Position numbers and translations under genes: made by a program
Shown: positions 46,845 to 52,552 of the stretch, piece by piece
Numbering within the stretch: position 1 is the first letter of the stretch
How the letters are laid out: each line of letters begins with the position of its first letter
The notes under the pieces: model-generated
The model's input: the letters and a program-made list of their open reading frames with translations, nothing else
Databases searched by the model: none
What the model was told of the DNA's origin: nothing
Virus record (IMG/VR): IMGVR_UViG_3300018080_000030
Coordinates: 1 to 52,552 of that record
Source: a virus
Lineage: Duplodnaviria > Caudoviricetes
Strand: one strand, 5' to 3'
Length of the DNA stretch: 52,552 nucleotides

Positions 46845-46938
46845 GCAAAAAAAGCGACAATTTCGCGTCGTGTCTATGCCTTGTGCCCTGGGTGTGTAGA
46901 CACGGCAAGTTTATAACCCCTAACAAGCGAGGTGAATC

Positions 46939-47280
46939 ATGAGTGAAACAAGAGTAAGTGAGTTAGAAGAGCAAGTGCTAAAAGACTTGAATGCACTTGG
47001 TCTTGATTACGCTGGAGACAATGTGAAAGCCGTATATCTTTCTTTGGCGAAAGTGCTGATCACAGTGTCTGACTGTTCAGGCAAAAATGCCTGGCTGACA
47101 GGCCAATATCACAAGGCTGAAGCAGATCGCGGAAAGGAAGTAGGATTTGCAAAAAGCAAAGCCTCAAGAATTGCCGGATTTATTTTGAGGCACACAGTCA
47201 GTAAACCTAATCCACGATATAATGGTGGAGCGACAAGTGCTGAAGTTCCGGACGACGTGCGTAAAGAACTTGGCATATAG
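46939..47280 (+). CDS. Hypothetical early protein
   Basis: RBS GAGGTG; followed by a terminator-like hairpin. Confidence 0.75.
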   Translation: MSETRVSELEEQVLKDLNALGLDYAGDNVKAVYLSLAKVLITVSDCSGKNAWLTGQYHKAEADRGKEVGFAKSKASRIAGFILRHTVSKPNPRYNGGATSAEVPDDVRKELGI

Positions 47281-47308
47281 CTTAACTCGCTAAAAATCAT
47301 GTACTTAG

Positions 47309-47338
47309 GGCAACCCCCCTGATGGGGGGCTGCCTTTC
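47309..47338 (+). terminator. Rho-independent terminator
   Basis: ggcaacccccc-tgat-ggggggctgcc followed by tttc. Confidence 0.7.
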
Positions 47339-47627
47339 GTACATTCAAAATGGGAGGTAAAGGTATGAAAAGACAGGCTATACATCAAAAAGCTGACAAT
47401 GTTCGATATAGGGACTCTATGGGACTTCCCTACACACAAAAAAAATCATATCTGAAAGTCTCTTGTTATTTTTTTTTGGTGCTGGCTCTCAAGTTACTTC
47501 AAGTTATCCTGTCTTAATTTATTTTTTTTTGTCTTTATTTTCCCTATAGGGTACACTAATGAGGAGTGACAAGTGCATAGAAAACAGGTGTTTACGAAGA
47601 ACTATAATAATCATGGGAGGTTGCATC

Positions 47628-48395
47628 ATGGAGTCTATTGAGACCTATTACTACAGAGGCTACAGTATTGGCATATATCAGGATATTGATCCCCTTAACC
47701 CCAGAGAATTTGACAGTCTGGGGACGATGGCTTGCTTTCATACAGGATACAGTCTGGGTGATGAGGAGACACCTGATTATTATTCCGACTGGCTCGCAGA
47801 TATGGCGGACTCGATCGAGGATTTACCGGCCACCATAGAGGACATGGTGGTTAATGGCGCGCCTGTCCAGGAGCTGGGAAAAGTCTTGCTCCCACTTATC
47901 CGCAAACATTTCTTCATACTCCCGCTGTTTTTATATGACCACAGTGGTTTATGGATGTCAACATCTAACAGGTCTTGGCCATTCAACTGTCCTTGGGATT
48001 CAGGGCAGGTTGGGTGGATATACGTGAGCAGGAAGAGAGTAAGGGAACAATATGGCATCAAGAGGATTAGTAAGAAGTTGCAAGACAAAGTACTTGACAG
48101 GTTAGTAGGTGAAGTTAGGACGTATAGTCAATACTTGTCAGGGGACATCTATGGGTATATAGTGTGGGATGACGATGGGGAGGAAGTAGATTCATGTTGG
48201 GGGTACTATGGGTCTGACATCCATTCCAATGGACTAATGTGGACTGCGAAGGCAGCCATTGATGCAGACATCGAAGACCGCATAAAGAAACACATCAAAA
48301 AAGTGAAGGCGTGGATAAGAGGGCATGTGCCGTTTACTTATAGAGCGCCTTTGGTAAGTGGGGGGTTGAATAACAAGATTTGGAGGCTAATATGA
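47628..48395 (+). CDS. Conserved phage/mobile-element early protein of unknown function
   Basis: RBS GGGAGGT; LYDHSG, WDSGQVGWIY and DSCWGYYG motifs that I recognise as recurrent in mobile-element hypothetical proteins. Confidence 0.7.
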   Translation: MESIETYYYRGYSIGIYQDIDPLNPREFDSLGTMACFHTGYSLGDEETPDYYSDWLADMADSIEDLPATIEDMVVNGAPVQELGKVLLPLIRKHFFILPLFLYDHSGLWMSTSNRSWPFNCPWDSGQVGWIYVSRKRVREQYGIKRISKKLQDKVLDRLVGEVRTYSQYLSGDIYGYIVWDDDGEEVDSCWGYYGSDIHSNGLMWTAKAAIDADIEDRIKKHIKKVKAWIRGHVPFTYRAPLVSGGLNNKIWRLI

Positions 48396-49231
48396 TACCA
48401 CAAGACGACCTAATTGAGAGTTTTGCACAAGGGTATAGGTCTGGAGAAGCATCCAATATGTTCATCGATGGTGATGCCATATATAGTTATGGCTACCGCT
48501 TCATACTGGCAATCCGTAGATGTGATTTTCTAATCAATGGGGACACATACTCACCCACTACCACCCAGCACACCATGAAGTGTATTTGTGGGCTAAGGCC
48601 GAATGTACAAATACCGTTCTCGGCACTGGAGCAAGTCTTCCGAGACAACACCTTATATCTTAGGGACGACTTCATAAATAACGCACATAGGATAGTTGTT
48701 GTGGACACGCAGGGGGATAAGTACAGGGAGGTACGGTACTTGAATCCGAAAACTGGTGAGCGGGAGACGAGGCAGGAACACTTACTGGGCGCTACCCTGT
48801 TTGAGTTTGATGGGAAGTACTTCCTATCAAGCACTGATAGTGGGGCGATCTGGGGGAGAGGCTATTTCTTAGTAGAGTTGCCTGGCAAGCCCTGTACAGT
48901 TGATAACGCCTTCGAGAGCTTGTTGCCAAATTATGTCAGGAAATATCCTGACGCACCATATATTCGGCAGGGCGAATTCTTCTTTGTGCCGGATTTAAAG
49001 AAAAAGGTGGCGGAAGGGGAGTACTCTAAACAAGTTGATCTCTCTGAAGCCTTTGGAAATGGTGGTAATCCACACTATGCCAGAGATTTCTACCGTCAAA
49101 AAAGGACAATCTGGGTACGGGGGACAGTACGTCATCCGGAACATAGAATGTGCAAACTTGGGGAGGTTTGGCACAAGGTCTACATAAATAGGGCTGTTAA
49201 AAGTTACAACTCTGCTGGGGGTGTTGACTAA
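48392..49231 (+). CDS. Hypothetical early protein
   Basis: RBS GGAGG; IYSYG, RQGEFFFVP and VRGTVRHPEH motifs. Confidence 0.7.
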   Translation: MIPQDDLIESFAQGYRSGEASNMFIDGDAIYSYGYRFILAIRRCDFLINGDTYSPTTTQHTMKCICGLRPNVQIPFSALEQVFRDNTLYLRDDFINNAHRIVVVDTQGDKYREVRYLNPKTGERETRQEHLLGATLFEFDGKYFLSSTDSGAIWGRGYFLVELPGKPCTVDNAFESLLPNYVRKYPDAPYIRQGEFFFVPDLKKKVAEGEYSKQVDLSEAFGNGGNPHYARDFYRQKRTIWVRGTVRHPEHRMCKLGEVWHKVYINRAVKSYNSAGGVD

Positions 49232-49242
49232 CTAAGGGAGGT

Positions 49243-49476
49243 ATGAAGATGAAGCAGGAAATCAGCTTTCTGATAAGCAGTATTAATGGCTACTATGGGG
49301 TTGAGGTAGCCACCAACAAACACAGTCTCCGAGACTTATGGAAGATGAGGAGGGAGATTGAGGAGGCTGAACACCGCAAACCTAACAAAGGGAGGCCACA
49401 AAATGGCGAACAAAGATCAAGTTATGAAGGCCGTCAATACTGCGGCGGAAAACTACCTTACACACGTGAAGTGTGA
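49243..49476 (+). CDS. Hypothetical protein
   Basis: RBS GGGAGG; 3' end overlaps the next gene. Confidence 0.5.
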   Translation: MKMKQEISFLISSINGYYGVEVATNKHSLRDLWKMRREIEEAEHRKPNKGRPQNGEQRSSYEGRQYCGGKLPYTREV

Positions 49477-49873
49477 GGCAGAGCGAGAGCGTAGACGTCT
49501 ACAAGAGAGGGAGGGGGAAATGACAAAAGCTCTAAAAGAGCTTGCAAAGAAGGCACTCAAAGAGATACTAAGACCTCATGCCTCTACGATGAGGGACGCT
49601 GGTTTTAAGGTAGATGTGGATAACCTGGATGTCGATTTTCCACCTAAATGTGGGTGGCACTCAAAGCCACACATCGTCTTGGACAAAAGCTTGGGACTAA
49701 AGGATATAGAGAAGCAGCAGGATGAGGTAAACGAGAAGCAACGTCAGATAGTCAAAAGTGTTTGCAGGGAGCGTGACTCCCTCTTGCAAACAATTGCTCT
49801 GTTTGGTGTGTCAGAGAAACTCGCATCTATGGTGCAGAGTTTCTTCAAAAAAATGGAGGTGAGTGATGAGTGA
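49403..49873 (+). CDS. Hypothetical coiled-coil protein
   Basis: RBS GGGAGG before ATG 49403. Confidence 0.7.
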   Translation: MANKDQVMKAVNTAAENYLTHVKCEAERERRRLQEREGEMTKALKELAKKALKEILRPHASTMRDAGFKVDVDNLDVDFPPKCGWHSKPHIVLDKSLGLKDIEKQQDEVNEKQRQIVKSVCRERDSLLQTIALFGVSEKLASMVQSFFKKMEVSDE

Positions 49874-50594
49874 AAGGTTATATGAGGTAGAGCTGATACT
49901 CTTCAATGGGGTGAATACCCCATTTTTGGAAGGGTTAGACTATGGATCTGCTACTTGTGCAGCCAAAGATCTGCACACGCAGGCACAGGAGTTCAGAGAG
50001 AGTCATGGGCTTAGCATGGGGGTAGATTGTTTCTCAGTGGTGACACACGAAGACATCATTTACTTTGCCGATCCTACTAAGCTGATGGTAGGCTTTGAGC
50101 TTATTGGCTCAAAGCTATCTCAAGTCTTAACAGATTTAAAGACCAGCTTCAATAAAGCTACGGTTGGTGGAGCACTCAACATGACACTATTTGCAGAACT
50201 TATGGCTACAATGGGTATTGCGAGAACGAAGGAGCTGTTGGATACATTTTACGGATTCTTCGCTTTTCCACATAGGACATCCCCAGCTTGTGGTGGATTC
50301 AGCGTTGATGAAGACGAGGTTTTCAGACTGGGCACTAAGCGGATAGACGATGCTCCGGAAGATGTGCGCAACACACTACCGACGCTTTTGGTGACGGACT
50401 CCTTGAGCATGGTTAAGAAGGCATACAATGCTTACCACGACTTAAGCCACGTGGTTATCGGGACTCTGTTGCACGAAGTATTAATGGATGTAAGAACAAC
50501 TTACGGCGGTTACTTCGACGTCGATAGCGAGGGTTTTGACAACGACGAGTTCTGGCATCGCTTTAAATGTGAGCATGAGCCGTCAAAGCAATAA
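49866..50594 (+). CDS. Hypothetical protein
   Basis: RBS GGAGGTG. Confidence 0.7.
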   Translation: MSERLYEVELILFNGVNTPFLEGLDYGSATCAAKDLHTQAQEFRESHGLSMGVDCFSVVTHEDIIYFADPTKLMVGFELIGSKLSQVLTDLKTSFNKATVGGALNMTLFAELMATMGIARTKELLDTFYGFFAFPHRTSPACGGFSVDEDEVFRLGTKRIDDAPEDVRNTLPTLLVTDSLSMVKKAYNAYHDLSHVVIGTLLHEVLMDVRTTYGGYFDVDSEGFDNDEFWHRFKCEHEPSKQ

Positions 50595-50677
50595 TGAATC
50601 AGCATCCCTGCGCCTCTGACCCCACCTCCCATGTTAGGGTCAGGGCGTGGGTGATGCTGTTAAGGTGAGGAGGTTTT

Positions 50678-50971
50678 ATGATCAGGAACATAGTGATGCT
50701 GGTACTTCTAATAGTGGCACAGTTATTGCTAAACTGCGGCTGTGCAAGCAACGACGATGCAGGCTATACGGCGACACTTACCAGTAAGACTGGGCAAGTC
50801 ACAAGCTTGAGCTGCTCAGGATACCGGATACGCAAAAATTACATAAGGCTATATTTCGACGATACAGGTAATGATGGGTTACCAACTCGTACCTACACAG
50901 ATTATTCAAGAGAGGGTTACGACATCACTATCACAAACAGTCTTGGTAGGAATGTGGTAAAGGGTTTGTAA
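50678..50971 (+). CDS. Putative lipoprotein
   Basis: Hydrophobic leader followed by LNCGC. Confidence 0.6.
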   Translation: MIRNIVMLVLLIVAQLLLNCGCASNDDAGYTATLTSKTGQVTSLSCSGYRIRKNYIRLYFDDTGNDGLPTRTYTDYSREGYDITITNSLGRNVVKGL

Positions 50972-50990
50972 CTATATAAGGAGTCTCAGG

Positions 50991-51335
50991 ATGTCTAAGC
51001 GCCATACTATACAGCGTACTATCAAGATTATTATGATGTTATCGGGATGCACCCTATACATGGATTGGGTGCTCCCAACAAACCCGAGAAGCAAGAACCC
51101 TGTAATCCGCAAACTGATGGGAAGGGGTAAATCAAGTTATCTTAACTGTAAGGATCGTCTGCTGTTCGTGGTTGTATACCTGACAATACACATCACTTTT
51201 GGTGTGTCATTTTACTTGTCAGGCTCTCATATTGAGAACATTTTTTTAAACATCTATCCAAGCATGATTCAGTTATGGATAGGGTATCGTATATGTGTTG
51301 TTTTGAGACATAAGCATCGGATACAAAACTTATAA
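50991..51335 (+). CDS. Hypothetical membrane protein
   Basis: RBS AAGGAG; hydrophobic segments; AT-rich. Confidence 0.6.
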   Translation: MSKRHTIQRTIKIIMMLSGCTLYMDWVLPTNPRSKNPVIRKLMGRGKSSYLNCKDRLLFVVVYLTIHITFGVSFYLSGSHIENIFLNIYPSMIQLWIGYRICVVLRHKHRIQNL

Positions 51336-51379
51336 CACAGACACTTATTGGCGGGCTACTGTAATTTCTAAATAATTAT

Positions 51380-51583
51380 ATGCTACAATCAGACAATAAC
51401 CCTAATTCACGCAGTAGCTCGCCTTTAACTGGAGGAGGCAATATGGCTGAGCTATTAAAAGAGCCTGTTCTTTGGGCATTCCTCGCTGCGGCGTTTATCC
51501 TAAAGTTAGTACTCGGATACATCAAAGCTCCTTGTGAGAAGTTTATGCGTAGTGGGGAGCATTGGTGGGATATAGGAGGTTAA
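51380..51583 (+). CDS. Small membrane protein (start at 51380 or 51443)
   Basis: RBS GGAGG before ATG 51443; one transmembrane segment. Confidence 0.55.
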   Translation: MLQSDNNPNSRSSSPLTGGGNMAELLKEPVLWAFLAAAFILKLVLGYIKAPCEKFMRSGEHWWDIGG

Positions 51584-51584
51584 T

Positions 51585-51956
51585 ATGAGTGAAGAAACTA
51601 CTGAAGAAAAATTGAAGCGTATACCAAGCACAGAGAGGTTGAGCGTGTTTGAGACGACTTCAGATCCACACCCTTACTGTATAACCGAAAAGCATGTAGC
51701 TCATGCAAGCAAGCATTGTTGCGGGTTGCTTACAACCGAGTGCATCAGAGAAGCAGAGGCAAATGGAGCAACGTGTGGGGTAGAAGGGTGTATGTTATCG
51801 GTAGACGAGCACAAGCTCGTGCTGCTTGTCCAGGTAAAGAATCCGCCGGATAATCTAAATGATATAGCGGATGAACTACAAGCATATCTTGTGAGAATAA
51901 AGCCGATAGTCGAGGAGGTATTCCCAAAATGCGCGGGATTTGGATTTATAAAGTAA
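51585..51956 (+). CDS. Hypothetical Cys/His-containing protein
   Basis: RBS AGGAGGT; PHPYCI..H and C....C......H motifs. Confidence 0.7.
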   Translation: MSEETTEEKLKRIPSTERLSVFETTSDPHPYCITEKHVAHASKHCCGLLTTECIREAEANGATCGVEGCMLSVDEHKLVLLVQVKNPPDNLNDIADELQAYLVRIKPIVEEVFPKCAGFGFIK

Positions 51957-51986
51957 ACACAACTAACTAAACCATAGGAGGATACT

Positions 51987-52552
51987 ATGCAGAAATCAGA
52001 GGGGGTGATGCAGCAGCTCGGAGCTGTGCATGTACGGCAAGAGATTTTTGACTTTCTAAAATCTCTACCGTTGGGGCAATCTGCTCGCTGGAGGCGGAGG
52101 GCGTATGACCTTCTTTTCCAGCAGCAGTTGGAGAGTGCAGAGGCTACAGAAGATGTCTCCGCAGCAGAAGCGGAGGAAGAACTATTAGTAAAAGGAGAAG
52201 ATATGGGAACATTTGATGATTTGACAGATGGCATGTTTCTGGAAGGCATCGAGATTACGATCACCAATGCCAAGACGCTGGTTTTTGATTACGGAGGATC
52301 CAAGACACCGGCTCCTGGCATTATGTTGACGTACCAATCACCTTCATTGCAGAAGCCGGCTGAACAATTCTATAGCTGTGGTGATATAAAGGACTTAAAG
52401 CCAACAGCCGATGGAAAAGACTTTGAGTTCCTGAGCGGTAGAAAGAAGCTGACAAAGAGTTCCAACGGAGGATTGTTTCTCCAGGCTCTTGGTGAGCTGG
52501 GATTTTCGTTAGCGTTAATCGCTAATGATATAACCCAGTTGGTTGGTATGAA
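51987..52552 (+). CDS. 5' part of the junction-spanning ORF (about 304 aa in total, ending at 472)
   Basis: RBS AGGAGG before ATG 51987, second in-frame RBS and ATG at 52203, no stop before the window end. Confidence 0.75.
   Translation, partial: MQKSEGVMQQLGAVHVRQEIFDFLKSLPLGQSARWRRRAYDLLFQQQLESAEATEDVSAAEAEEELLVKGEDMGTFDDLTDGMFLEGIEITITNAKTLVFDYGGSKTPAPGIMLTYQSPSLQKPAEQFYSCGDIKDLKPTADGKDFEFLSGRKKLTKSSNGGLFLQALGELGFSLALIANDITQLVGM
52430..52552. repeat. Terminal overlap, identical to 1-123
   Basis: Direct sequence identity. Confidence 0.97.

Noticed and set aside
45851-46916. ORFs 45851-46186, 46482-46697 and 46710-46916
   Set aside because: They overlap repeat and promoter motifs, lack RBSs and have unnatural composition; probably non-coding.
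299-52273. Minus-strand ORFs in the track (for example 1247-1672, 41026-41496, 51701-52273)
   Set aside because: They are antisense shadows of well-supported + strand genes.
1-52552. Alternative genetic code (stop-codon reassignment)
   Set aside because: Long genes are intact in code 11 and TAA, TAG and TGA all end genes at coupled junctions; only one suspicious TGA was found (13757).

Overview
A complete, circularly assembled tailed-phage genome of about 52,429 bp: bases 1-123 are repeated exactly at 52430-52552, and one ORF reads across the junction. Nearly all genes are on the + strand. Gene order: early hypothetical genes (46.9-52.4 kb); recombination/replication genes (PD-(D/E)XK nuclease, Sak4-like ATPase, ERCC4 nuclease, SMC-like ATPase, UDG-fused family A DNA polymerase, RepA-like helicase); an accessory island (11-13.3 kb); a podovirus-type morphogenesis module (split terminase, portal, scaffold, capsid, three glycosyltransferases, adaptors, beta-helix tailspike, nozzle, ejection proteins); small membrane proteins; and a ~1.3 kb non-coding control region. 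The most unusual signals are: (1) an integrase-less array of attC-like gene cassettes whose ORFs start inside the attC hairpins and are translated through the recombination point; (2) a DIP1984-like coiled-coil gene followed by a ~330 nt closed-stem RNA carrying a tRNA mimic, extra anticodon-like loops and repeated CCGAAT motifs; (3) several sigma54-type promoters with IHF-like sites; (4) a terminase large subunit split by three genes; (5) a 125-nt non-canonical tRNA-like RNA. Protein calls come from motif recognition by eye; no searches were run.
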